DNA from: a virus
Taxonomy: Duplodnaviria; Caudoviricetes
IMG/VR virus record: IMGVR_UViG_3300032218_001128
Span: 1-27,356 of that record
Length of the DNA: 27,356 nt
Strand: one strand, 5' to 3'
Shown here: in pieces, positions 17,965-26,429 of the stretch
How the letters are laid out: every line of letters begins with the position of its first letter
How positions within the stretch are numbered: the first letter of the stretch is position 1
Position numbers and translations under genes: made by a program
The notes under the pieces: generated by a model
What the model was told of the DNA's origin: nothing
What the model saw: only the letters and a program-made list of their open reading frames with translations
Database searches by the model: none

Positions 17965-18929
17965 GGTGTCATCATCCAAGCGAAATGGTAGGCAGTAGTA
18001 CCATATTCGTAGTCAATGACAAGATCAAGTTCCTTATTAACCGTTGATGTAGTAGTGGGTAACACTCCCCCAAGTAATTTCCTATTGCTGCCTTCACTTT
18101 CACGTTGCGATTTCCACATAGTCATAACAGATAACAATTCAGGAAACTCCTCAAGGTTGTCTACTTGCTTGATGGGCTTGACCATCTCAAACTCATAGGC
18201 ACTTCTTGAACTAGCACTCAGAGTATTAGTACACCGCGCTATACCTACGACAAGAGTATCAGCATGATTAGCACCTACTACATAAAACGCTGTGTCAAAT
18301 AGCCGAGACATTTCCTCTCTAGTAGCCACGTTCAGTTTATCAATCTGTTTGTATTTGTCAAGTGCTATTTTACATTTATCTTGGATTGCTGCGGTCATAT
18401 TTGTATTAGGACTTTCCCCTAGTACGTATTCCATCATCGCTTGCAAATCACTCGCATGAAACCCTGCGTCTGATACTGACTTCCTTTCTCGTCCTAAACT
18501 ACCCTCATAGGAAGATACATTCTGTCCCCATTGCATGGTGTGTTTACGCATCGTAGCAACAGCATCAGACGGAATAGCTTTCATCTTCTTGATTGTTGTC
18601 ATCAGTGAAGAAATCTTTTTACTACGTAGCGTGTGTCGATCATCGGTGTTTTTACCCCGCGCCTTCTCATAGTAGTGTGAGTAAAAACAATACTCAGTAA
18701 ACTCTTTACCATCGTTGTCGCGCAAGATTCTTGAGTAGACCTCACCAATAGGATTCCATCCATCACGCACAAGTAAGAACGCTTTGTTGTCTATTGCTTC
18801 TCTGCGTTCGACAGTACACATAACCTTGAGGTCATACTTAAAACATATTTCACGGACGAGCAACTTACATTCGCTCGTGGCAATTGCCATAGCAAGATTA
18901 ATATCTGTTTCTTTCACGGTGTAACTCAT
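17946..18929 (-). CDS. Hypothetical protein (327 aa)
   Basis: Long ORF with AGGAGAAG RBS. Confidence 0.85.
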   Translation of the reverse strand: MSYTVKETDINLAMAIATSECKLLVREICFKYDLKVMCTVERREAIDNKAFLLVRDGWNPIGEVYSRILRDNDGKEFTEYCFYSHYYEKARGKNTDDRHTLRSKKISSLMTTIKKMKAIPSDAVATMRKHTMQWGQNVSSYEGSLGRERKSVSDAGFHASDLQAMMEYVLGESPNTNMTAAIQDKCKIALDKYKQIDKLNVATREEMSRLFDTAFYVVGANHADTLVVGIARCTNTLSASSRSAYEFEMVKPIKQVDNLEEFPELLSVMTMWKSQRESEGSNRKLLGGVLPTTTSTVNKELDLVIDYEYGTTAYHFAWMMTPCSDPS

Positions 18930-18944
18930 TTACTTCTCCTTGGA

Positions 18945-19970
18945 TTAATACTGTTTAACTTGTTGACCATCAACTAATACTTTGATACCCCAGTTGTTTG
19001 CAGGGTATTGCTTACCCGCTTCGTACTCAACTTCCTTGAACAACTCGGGCGTTGTCTTGTATATATCTTGCTTGATCCTATGGTGAAAACCTGAATAAAG
19101 CGTAGCCATATTCCCATCCTTTTCCCATCCACTAAAATGTTTATTTGTATGAATCCTATTTAATACGTTGTAGTTATACCCGCACAAGTAAAGGATGTAC
19201 GCATCAAGCGGTGCGCTGTCCTGTAAGCTTTTCCCTGCTGTTATGAAATCTTCTTGACGTACAGGGTCAAACCACCCATGCAGATTATCCCAGTTGAAAT
19301 TAGCTATATGCTCGTCAATAACTTCTATGGCGGTACGGCGAAAGACCTCCCACTCCATTGCCAACGACATTGTTCGTGCAACAGTAAAGAATTTCTCGTA
19401 TAACTTGAAGTGATCTTTGGCAGCCTTACGTTTCACAGCTAACCCAAATACTTGATACGGTTTGTACGGTTGGCTAGTCTCCATATGAAACCTCGCGCCC
19501 TTCCATATCGGATGAAATATATTTTTACCACTACTTCCTACATACACCACACCCCCATGCCTAATACTTGTCTCGAAGTAACCATGCGACCACTTCGTTA
19601 AAATATTATTCTCCCCTTGGTTCAAGTGATGGGCAGTAAACTCAAGCGTGTTATCAGGGCGCACAACACATACATCGTTCGGTTCAGTCTCAAGTAAATA
19701 AAACGTAGGTGACGTAGGACTACCGCGCTGAGCCACCCGCGCATTCGCCTTGCGTCTGTAAAAATCGGCTGCTTCCTTGCTGATCTTTGTGTACACCTGT
19801 CGCTCACCGTAGAACACACGGTAAACATCCTCATTGTTTTCCTCCTCAACAAGAAAATACTTATTTGACTGTGTACGTTTATCCACAGGGAAACGGTTGT
19901 ACGTGCCGCGATAGGGTTTTTGATCTAATGTTTGCTCGTAAAGTCTGTTGTAATACAAAGCTTGCATCAT
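18945..19970 (-). CDS. Hypothetical protein (341 aa)
   Basis: Long ORF with GGAGAAG RBS. Confidence 0.85.
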   Translation of the reverse strand: MMQALYYNRLYEQTLDQKPYRGTYNRFPVDKRTQSNKYFLVEEENNEDVYRVFYGERQVYTKISKEAADFYRRKANARVAQRGSPTSPTFYLLETEPNDVCVVRPDNTLEFTAHHLNQGENNILTKWSHGYFETSIRHGGVVYVGSSGKNIFHPIWKGARFHMETSQPYKPYQVFGLAVKRKAAKDHFKLYEKFFTVARTMSLAMEWEVFRRTAIEVIDEHIANFNWDNLHGWFDPVRQEDFITAGKSLQDSAPLDAYILYLCGYNYNVLNRIHTNKHFSGWEKDGNMATLYSGFHHRIKQDIYKTTPELFKEVEYEAGKQYPANNWGIKVLVDGQQVKQY

Positions 19971-19992
19971 TTTCTTCTCCGTTAATTAAGGG

Positions 19993-20008
19993 TTCACCGT
20001 AGGGTGAA
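19993..20008. promoter_or_regulatory. TTCA-N8-TGAA box
   Basis: TTCACCGTAGGGTGAA in the 41-bp gap. Confidence 0.6.
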
Positions 20009-20011
20009 GTG

Positions 20012-21304
20012 TTATTCATCAACCATTACTTTCTTTCCTGCGGGAGGATCGAAGCTGCGGTTCATCGTCACTAACCACAGCGTGGGTAGCTTTAACTTCC
20101 AGTCGATGTTGCTCTCCACGTAACCATCGGTATGCACAATGAGACACTCTGCGGTAATACCTTTCTTGGTGATGTAATCACTAACTGAGGATACCTTCGT
20201 ACCACCACCACCTTGGGGCTTGAGCATCTTAGCGATGTTGGTGTAGTCCCCTTCAAAGATTTGTTCGCCATGCACCTCTGTATCCCACCACAGCACACGA
20301 ACCCGTTCAGGCTGACACAACTCACACAGCGATGCCAGTTCCCCTGCCACCCTCGACAAGTCCTCATCACTGATAGACCCTGATGTATCTACGCCGTAGA
20401 TGATCTCACCGACCGTCTCGTCCTCTACGCTTGGTAGGTACATATCATTAGCCAACTGACGCTTATTCATCTTGCGCCAAGTAAACTCGTCTTTACCCTT
20501 GGTTGCAGAACTGACGAACTCACGCATGACCGCCTTCCAGTCGATCTTAGGCTCAAGCACATCTGAGATAGCGCGTGGGATATTGCCACCCATACGACCC
20601 GCAAGAATGCCACCCTCGCGGATAGCGCGATCAATACGCTCGTCAGTCTCTTTGACTTCTTCAGGTGTTTTCTTAGCTGACTCATAGTCATGCTCATCGA
20701 ACTGATCTGATACGTCATACTCCTTGCCGTTGACCTTGATCTTCTTACGTTTCGGTTCACCCCCCTCTGAACCATTATTTCCACTACCATCATCACCATC
20801 CTCATTACCACCGCCACCGCCACCGCTGTCATCATCACCTTCTTCATCTCCGCCGCTTGGGTTCTCCTTGTAGATATAATTAAATACCTCACGCATAGAC
20901 CAACCCTTAAACATCGGGTCATATAAACCACCTTCGGGCAAGTCCACAAGCAACTCGCCATTGATCTTCGCGTCAATATCCTTGATGATTGCATTGACCA
21001 CAAAGTCAGCAGCGATGTTAGCGATCATCTTGTTCTTCTTAAACATATCTAAGCCGAACAATAGATGTTTAAGTAATACATGAAGATTCTCAAGCAAGAC
21101 AACACCCCGTACCTGTGGCTCATTTAACTTATACATGAAGTTAGCGCAATACTTCTTATTGAACCCATCGGTGTATGCAGTAAATTTACCCTCATTCACC
21201 TCGCTTTTACCCATCAACATCACACCCGAATAGAGTGCTGTCTGTGGGTGCTTCATCATAGTGATGTGTGCGCGTTTCACACGCACTGTTTGCTTATCAT
21301 CCAT
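20012..21304 (-). CDS. DUF2201-type protein: N-terminal metallopeptidase-like domain, acidic Gly linker, C-terminal VWA domain
   Basis: TAYTDG, (L)ENLH, NIAADFVVN; MIDAS DTSGS, GGGGT, TDG. Confidence 0.88.
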   Translation of the reverse strand: MDDKQTVRVKRAHITMMKHPQTALYSGVMLMGKSEVNEGKFTAYTDGFNKKYCANFMYKLNEPQVRGVVLLENLHVLLKHLLFGLDMFKKNKMIANIAADFVVNAIIKDIDAKINGELLVDLPEGGLYDPMFKGWSMREVFNYIYKENPSGGDEEGDDDSGGGGGGNEDGDDGSGNNGSEGGEPKRKKIKVNGKEYDVSDQFDEHDYESAKKTPEEVKETDERIDRAIREGGILAGRMGGNIPRAISDVLEPKIDWKAVMREFVSSATKGKDEFTWRKMNKRQLANDMYLPSVEDETVGEIIYGVDTSGSISDEDLSRVAGELASLCELCQPERVRVLWWDTEVHGEQIFEGDYTNIAKMLKPQGGGGTKVSSVSDYITKKGITAECLIVHTDGYVESNIDWKLKLPTLWLVTMNRSFDPPAGKKVMVDE

Positions 21305-21498
21305 TACTTCACCTCTTGAACTGTAAATGTTTTACTGTCACCGTTGTCAATGACAACGAACTTTGCCTTACCACTAACAACTTCCTCAATGATGCTTGCA
21401 GTCGAGTACTTAAACATCTTGTACTGACGTACCTTGTGCTGCCAGAGAGCTGTTGTTAGACCCGCCCATCCCAATAGAAACATCTCAGCTATAGTCAT
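21304..21498 (-). CDS. Small protein with hydrophobic N-terminus
   Basis: MTIAEMFLLGWAGLTTALW; stop/start overlap with the VWA gene. Confidence 0.65.
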   Translation of the reverse strand: MTIAEMFLLGWAGLTTALWQHKVRQYKMFKYSTASIIEEVVSGKAKFVVIDNGDSKTFTVQEVK

Positions 21499-21508
21499 AA
21501 TTTACCCC

Positions 21509-22627
21509 TTACATATATTGATGGTTAGCAACACACCAGTCGCTAATCTCTTTGTTGTTCCGCGCCAAGCGAACCGTACGGGCTGTACGCATCGCCATAG
21601 TGAAGAAGATGGTCTGCACCTCATTGCTATCAATACGCTTGACGAACTGCATAAACTTACTCATCTCGTCTTGCGTCTCAAGTACATCTACCGCTTCAAA
21701 CATAATCATCATCTGTGCTGCGATACTTTCCGGTACTTCTACACCGAATGGATCTTTGATGATCTCCTCCTTGACGCTAGGTAATTTCTTATCCAACGAC
21801 ATATACACCGCCATGTCCTTAGCTGCGGATGCACCGATAGTCCCTGCAAGAAACGCTGTCGTAGCGTTATCACCAATGATGTCGCGGTTACGCACCACCA
21901 CATCACACTTCGCCAAGCTGCGCGGAGACACAAAGGAAGTCATCGCACGTTTAGGATTGAAGATGTATGGGTTATCCTCTTGCCCTTCGTCTGTGTAACT
22001 ATTCAGACAACGAGGATTAGCTGCTACCCATGAGCGAATAATGCGAGAGATACCATTCTCACCCGCCCACTTCAACCAAGGATTAGCCTTCGGTTTCTGC
22101 ATCTGCACAATACAAACACGATTGATACCATGTGCAAGCATCCCATCACCGACACCATCTGTAGCATTGTTAGACGTTGCAATGATGCGCGAACCTTCAG
22201 GACAAGGCTCATCACCCACCATGCGTTCGAGCGCGAGTCGCGTAAAGATTACTTGCAACATCTTCGGTGCTTTCATCATCTCGTCAAGCAAGATGTACTT
22301 GGGTTTGCTGTCTTTCAGGTTGAACAACGATGCCACGTAATACTCTAGAGTCTTTGATGTGTGGTTGGGAATAGTCATGCCAATGTCCGACATATCTTTC
22401 ACAGGACAATCAACATAGATGTAGTCAAACTTATCGCCTTCAATGCTGTTCCCATCCTTGGGGCTGCGCCACTTGTCACCGTTGTCTGCGGCTATCATAG
22501 ATAACAGCGAGGTCTTGCCACAGCCAGGTTCACTTAGTACCACAACTGTGAGGTCTTCGGCAATGACGGGGATAGCGGTACGCAACTCTTCGATGGTTAC
22601 GGGTACGTTGAAATTGATCTTGCTCAT
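21509..22627 (-). CDS. MoxR/dynein-related AAA+ ATPase
   Basis: Walker A SEPGCGKT, Walker B ILLDE, sensor TSN, NR finger, SPRS. Confidence 0.88.
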   Translation of the reverse strand: MSKINFNVPVTIEELRTAIPVIAEDLTVVVLSEPGCGKTSLLSMIAADNGDKWRSPKDGNSIEGDKFDYIYVDCPVKDMSDIGMTIPNHTSKTLEYYVASLFNLKDSKPKYILLDEMMKAPKMLQVIFTRLALERMVGDEPCPEGSRIIATSNNATDGVGDGMLAHGINRVCIVQMQKPKANPWLKWAGENGISRIIRSWVAANPRCLNSYTDEGQEDNPYIFNPKRAMTSFVSPRSLAKCDVVVRNRDIIGDNATTAFLAGTIGASAAKDMAVYMSLDKKLPSVKEEIIKDPFGVEVPESIAAQMMIMFEAVDVLETQDEMSKFMQFVKRIDSNEVQTIFFTMAMRTARTVRLARNNKEISDWCVANHQYM

Positions 22628-22679
22628 TTGGACTTCTCCGGTAGGTGAATTGATAATTAAAGGTTGTTAGTACTGCGGG

Positions 22680-23612
22680 TTACTCTGTGAAACACTTAAA
22701 TGAACCGAAACGATTGAGAATCTCATCGACACCCTCTTTCACTTCAAATCGCGCCATGTCCGACTCACGCAACATATCAACCGTCACATCGCGCAAAGTA
22801 TTCTCTAGCATGGCAATACTTGATGCCAGTTCTGCATCGCCTGTCAAATTAAATTCCTTGTACAGCCGCACCATATCCTTGGCTTTCTCAACTGTGGTGT
22901 CGTATATCTTGCGCTTCTTAAACTTCTTCTCACCATTGTTGTCAATGCTCTCATCAACATCACAACAGTAAGACAGGCTCTCCATTACGTCTTTCATACG
23001 CTTGAACTGATCTGTGACAATGCCCTCTACAATGCGTTGAGTTTGGCTTGCATACACATCGAACAATTCATCAGCCATATCTTTCGCTACTAACACACGA
23101 TAGTCGTTCATCGGCACATCGTTGACGTACAGGTTGATGCTGTACTTCTTCTGCATCTTCTCGCGTGAGGGGTAGTCGTTGCGGTTAAACATATCGCCTA
23201 GTCCCGCAGCTTGAAACGCCATGTCAGAGATAATGTCCTCGTAGCTATCGTCAAAGGATTTAAACAACGACGCAAATGCTTTCTCATGTTGCCGCCACTC
23301 AGCCATAAACTTCGGCACATCAGGCGTTGGCAAATAATGTTGGTCACCGTTCCAGTCATAGGTCATACGCTTCATCCAGTTTGCAACTGTTTGGCGATAG
23401 TTCATCAAGGCTTTGTGCTTCGGGTTGTTGGCGAGTAGGTTCTTAGTGTATCGGCCCGCCGCGCTTACGGCGTTCTTTGATGTAGTAACTTCATCGCTGA
23501 TGCCTTGGTCTAGCTTTGTGGCTGACCACAATTTAACTTCAACTGATACTAGGACACCACTTGATGCGAGTGATGTGAGGTGCTGCGGTTTCTCAAGATT
23601 GATTTGATTCAT
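22680..23612 (-). CDS. Conserved phage protein, DUF3150-like
   Basis: WSATKLD...KNLL, T..W......LP, LGDMFNRNDYP, NLTGDAEL pattern; adjacent to AAA and VWA genes. Confidence 0.6.
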   Translation of the reverse strand: MNQINLEKPQHLTSLASSGVLVSVEVKLWSATKLDQGISDEVTTSKNAVSAAGRYTKNLLANNPKHKALMNYRQTVANWMKRMTYDWNGDQHYLPTPDVPKFMAEWRQHEKAFASLFKSFDDSYEDIISDMAFQAAGLGDMFNRNDYPSREKMQKKYSINLYVNDVPMNDYRVLVAKDMADELFDVYASQTQRIVEGIVTDQFKRMKDVMESLSYCCDVDESIDNNGEKKFKKRKIYDTTVEKAKDMVRLYKEFNLTGDAELASSIAMLENTLRDVTVDMLRESDMARFEVKEGVDEILNRFGSFKCFTE

Positions 23613-23631
23613 GTGATTCTCCAGTTAGTGA

Positions 23632-23647
23632 TTCAGGGGTAGGTGAA
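23632..23647. promoter_or_regulatory. TTCA-N8-TGAA box within a duplicated leader
   Basis: TTCAGGGGTAGGTGAA; flanks resemble those of 25364-25379. Confidence 0.6.
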
Positions 23648-23650
23648 GCG

Positions 23651-23725
23651 TTAAAGAACATAGACCATTAAATAAACTACGATTGACCACAAAATAACTG
23701 CAATGGTTGATGCTATCGGGTTCAT
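23651..23725 (-). CDS. 24-aa hydrophobic micro-protein
   Basis: MNPIASTIAVILWSIVVYLMVYVL, preceded by GGAGAGGAG and a near-consensus promoter. Confidence 0.65.
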   Translation of the reverse strand: MNPIASTIAVILWSIVVYLMVYVL

Positions 23726-23749
23726 AAGATACTCCTCTCCATAACTTCT

Positions 23750-23778
23750 ATTATACTTTAACTTTACATATAGAACAA
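23750..23778 (-). promoter_or_regulatory. Sigma70 promoter (copy 1)
   Basis: TTGTTC-17 bp-TATAAT; 35/36 bp identical to the copy at 25442-25477. Confidence 0.85.
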
Positions 23779-23796
23779 GGGGTTTATATAAAATAA

Positions 23797-24255
23797 TTAT
23801 TCCTGTTGCGTGACTCTAAGTATCTGATCCACCATGCTCTCGCACTCGGCAATCACAAAGGCTAGATCGCGGTACACCTCATCCTCAACTAGTTTTTTAG
23901 CCATAGCTGTCTCTGCATTAAACATCTTCGGCATCTTGTCACCCACATGGGTGCAGTCGAACCCAACACGGAACGCATCCTTGTCTAAGCTATTCTCTGC
24001 GTACGTGACGCCGCCGTGTACGTTTATTATTTCCTCTAGTGTATTAGTGAGGTTGAGTTTTAGCAGATAAAACTTCTCCCACACCTCGCGTGGCAAATCC
24101 ACGTACCCGCACCACGAACCCGTTTGCATATTTCTCCGCGCTATGCACTCGACACCCCTGTATGTCCACTCGTACAAGTCAGGCTCATACTCCCACGGGT
24201 GTGTGGTCTTAGAGATAATGTCGCTGATGATTTTAAATGGTGTTGGCTTAGGCAT
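23797..24255 (-). CDS. Conserved phage protein (WCGYV...HGGVTY...GFDCxHxGD family)
   Basis: Motif pattern; start reassigned to MPKPTPF. Confidence 0.75.
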   Translation of the reverse strand: MPKPTPFKIISDIISKTTHPWEYEPDLYEWTYRGVECIARRNMQTGSWCGYVDLPREVWEKFYLLKLNLTNTLEEIINVHGGVTYAENSLDKDAFRVGFDCTHVGDKMPKMFNAETAMAKKLVEDEVYRDLAFVIAECESMVDQILRVTQQE

Positions 24256-24598
24256 CGTCATCCTCCTCGTCATCTGTAACACCGTTAAACTCGTTCCACA
24301 TTTCCTTATCAACCTTAATCCACACCTCGTTATCAAACTCCTGCATAACATCTGCGTCATTCAGTATGTCGAGGGCTAACTTAGCCCTTGCCTGTTCAGC
24401 AAAGTCCACCCACTTTTGGACTGTCGGCTTTGTTGAGACTTCGTTGTGGTAAGAAACATCTAACTTACCCGTCTGTGTGTATTCAGTAACAGCCAAGGAA
24501 GTACCGTCAGAAAAGGCAATGACTATGCCCCCATCAAAGTTATCAATGTGGTCTATCTTCACCACGGTCTTGCCTACGATCTCGTTTAAGTCACTCAT
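24248..24598 (-). CDS. Hypothetical protein
   Basis: Start MSDLNEIVGK overlaps the upstream stop. Confidence 0.65.
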   Translation of the reverse strand: MSDLNEIVGKTVVKIDHIDNFDGGIVIAFSDGTSLAVTEYTQTGKLDVSYHNEVSTKPTVQKWVDFAEQARAKLALDILNDADVMQEFDNEVWIKVDKEMWNEFNGVTDDEEDDDA

Positions 24599-24788
24599 TG
24601 TCATCACTCCAAAGGAATTTAAATAACGCTTCACGATTAACTTCTTCAATCACATACTTGCCTTTAAGCTTCTCGAACGACATCCATGCCCGACACACCA
24701 CGCAGTCCTTGTCGTAGTCGGGGCATTTGTCACCGTACTCTCGTCTAAGTAACTTTTTATTCATAGGTATTCTGATTCCCGTTTTCAT
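24591..24788 (-). CDS. Small Cys-containing hypothetical protein
   Basis: CPDYDKDCVVC; ATGA coupling with the upstream gene. Confidence 0.6.
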   Translation of the reverse strand: MKTGIRIPMNKKLLRREYGDKCPDYDKDCVVCRAWMSFEKLKGKYVIEEVNREALFKFLWSDDNE

Positions 24789-25012
24789 CTGTGTAGCCCT
24801 CCCTTGTTGTTGATACCCTTTAAGTCCTGCAAATCTGTGAGCATCACGTAGTTACTCTTGTGCATCGGCACGACACAGCGGCGCACACTGTGGGCTAACT
24901 TATCCCCACATAGCTTGCAGACCTTATAGCCAAGTTTGTACCGCGCCCAATCGAAGTCATCGCCGCATTGCAGGCAAATACCTTTGGCTTGTTGTTCAAG
25001 TAATTCATCCAT
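24785..25012 (-). CDS. C4 zinc-finger protein (DksA/TraR-finger-like)
   Basis: CLQC-x15-CKLC containing the ARxxL pattern; AAGGA RBS. Confidence 0.65.
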   Translation of the reverse strand: MDELLEQQAKGICLQCGDDFDWARYKLGYKVCKLCGDKLAHSVRRCVVPMHKSNYVMLTDLQDLKGINNKGGLHR

Positions 25013-25046
25013 GATAGTTTCCTTTAGTACTTATTGCCGGTTGTAT

Positions 25047-25343
25047 TTAGAATTCTTTGTGGCGGGATAGCTTGAGTTCTTCGATCACGTACTCGTAATC
25101 ATTCACCCATGTCTTGCCTGTGGCTACGTCATAGTCATCGCCTTGGATGCAGATGTGCATCTCGTATTCAGCAGTTGATCTGTGGGTATAGGCTTGGATT
25201 GCGACCTTGCTGTCGTACTGTGATGTTGAAGATATTTGTTTGCGATACAGGATGAAAACGGATTGTGGCTGAGCAACAGCGGCGCGGATTTGGGCGAAGT
25301 GTTGGGCAACGATGTTCTGCATCTGATCTTTAGGTGATTGCAT
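25047..25343 (-). CDS. Hypothetical early protein
   Basis: GGAGAA RBS; first clear gene after promoter copy 2. Confidence 0.7.
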   Translation of the reverse strand: MQSPKDQMQNIVAQHFAQIRAAVAQPQSVFILYRKQISSTSQYDSKVAIQAYTHRSTAEYEMHICIQGDDYDVATGKTWVNDYEYVIEELKLSRHKEF

Positions 25344-25363
25344 GGTGATTCTCCGATTAGTAG

Positions 25364-25379
25364 TTCAGGGTTGTGTGAA
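25364..25379. promoter_or_regulatory. TTCA-N8-TGAA box
   Basis: TTCAGGGTTGTGTGAA. Confidence 0.6.
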
Positions 25380-25442
25380 GCGTTAGTTAAGGTTGTTGGT
25401 GTGTTGTGAGTCATACAATAGTTTCACCCCCCACCAACTGAT

Positions 25443-25471
25443 ATTATACTTTAACTTTACATATAGTACAA
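25443..25471 (-). promoter_or_regulatory. Sigma70 promoter (copy 2)
   Basis: TTGTAC-17 bp-TATAAT. Confidence 0.85.
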
Positions 25472-25622
25472 GGGGTTCAGGTAAAAAAGTTATTTAGCTT
25501 GGCAGGGGTGGGCGTGGGTTGTGCCGACTAGTGGGCTAAGTGTTTGCTAGATGATGTATAGGATAGAGTACTGTGTAGTATGTTATGCAGTATTGTGGTG
25601 TGCAAATGAGGGGTAAAAAAGT

Positions 25623-26014
25623 TGTTCCAAGTGTTCCAGTTGTTCCAATTTTTTAACTTGACATATAGATCAGAAAAAGGGCGTTTTTGAGTGGAGTCAA
25701 AATCGTAAGTACTTGATTTATATATATTATTTATTAAAAAATAGTAGTAGTAGTAGTAGATGTTCCAATGTTCCATAGATTTTAGAGGATATAGGCTCAC
25801 GTGCGGTTTTCGGGAGGTTTGCAGAAAACTTATCAGTTCTGCTTTTATTAGACGATGGCTGCAGAGTCTTGTTGAACTGTAAAATGCAAAATCTTTGGAC
25901 ATTACCTCAAAAACCTTGGAACATTGGAACAAATCACGTAAGTCTATGATTTATATAGCAAAAACCTGTTCCAAGTAAAGTTACAGCTTGGAACAAAAAC
26001 CGGAACATGGAACA
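25623..26014. repeat. TGTTCCA iteron cluster with IHF-like sites and AT-rich tract; candidate replication origin
   Basis: 6 forward copies (25623, 25632, 25641, 25761, 25769, 25967), 4 reverse (25917, 25925, 25989, 26008) and 1 variant (26001); TAAGTACTTGATT at 25706 and TAAGTCTATGATT at 25939. Confidence 0.7.
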
Positions 26015-26047
26015 AATTTATTAGGGTAAACACCTAGAAAATAAGTG

Positions 26048-26196
26048 TTGACAAGTGAATTTAAAAATGTTAACATCACATCTAGTGATGTTAAAAAATA
26101 AACAGGGTAAAAATACTAAAAATAAATAATTAAAAAAGTATTGACAAATATAAAAAAATAAGTTAACATCACATCTAGTGATGTTAAAAAATAAAC
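26048..26196 (+). promoter_or_regulatory. Two tandem sigma70-like promoters, each overlapped by a 25-bp palindrome
   Basis: TTGACA-17-TAACAT at 26048 and 26141 (93-bp period); TTAACATCAC-ATCTA-GTGATGTTAA at 26070-26094 and 26163-26187. Confidence 0.7.
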
Positions 26197-26219
26197 GAGG
26201 CAAAAACGCTAATTAAGCC

Positions 26220-26235
26220 TTCACAGATAGCTGAA
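26220..26235. promoter_or_regulatory. TTCA-N8-TGAA box flanked by CGCTAATTA direct repeats
   Basis: TTCACAGATAGCTGAA between CGCTAATTA at 26207 and 26237. Confidence 0.5.
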
Positions 26236-26265
26236 CCGCTAATTAGTATTGCTGCTCACGCAGAT

Positions 26266-26377
26266 CACGCACACGCTACGCGCACAGAGGCACATAACTG
26301 GTCTCAAGTCTAGGCGCTGTCGGACATCACGCAGAACATACACATTCCACGCACACACCTAGATAACTGGTCTCAAG
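26266..26377. repeat. CACGCACAC...ATAACTGGTCTCAA repeat, one full and one shortened copy
   Basis: Full copy 26266-26307, short copy 26348-26376; identical 15-mer ATAACTGGTCTCAAG at 26294 and 26363. Confidence 0.85.
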
Positions 26378-26393
26378 CCCCAAATTCGGGGCG

Positions 26394-26429
26394 AAAAAAA
26401 ACCCCGCAGAGCCGAAGCCCTGCGGGGTT
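26394..26429 (-). terminator. Strong intrinsic terminator
   Basis: AACCCCGCAGGGC-TTCG-GCTCTGCGGGGTT-TTTTTT (cUUCGg loop), 5 bp after the stop at 26435. Confidence 0.92.

Noticed and set aside
25124-25414. 96-aa alternative-frame ORF
   Set aside because: Overlaps 25047..25343, which has the GGAGAA RBS typical of this genome; it also runs through the regulatory leader
25658-25690. TTGACA as a + strand promoter
   Set aside because: No -10-like hexamer at 16-18 bp spacing
25528-26203. Track ORFs 25528..25932 and 26021..26203
   Set aside because: Translations (YYYYYY, WNNWNTWNN, duplicated FFNITRCDVN) simply mirror the DNA repeats; no convincing RBS
26266-26377. Mini CRISPR array (15-bp repeats, plus a Cas4-like gene elsewhere)
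   Set aside because: Only two adjacent copies, repeat too short, intervening sequence itself repetitive; Cas4-like nucleases are routine in phage replication modules and no other cas genes are present
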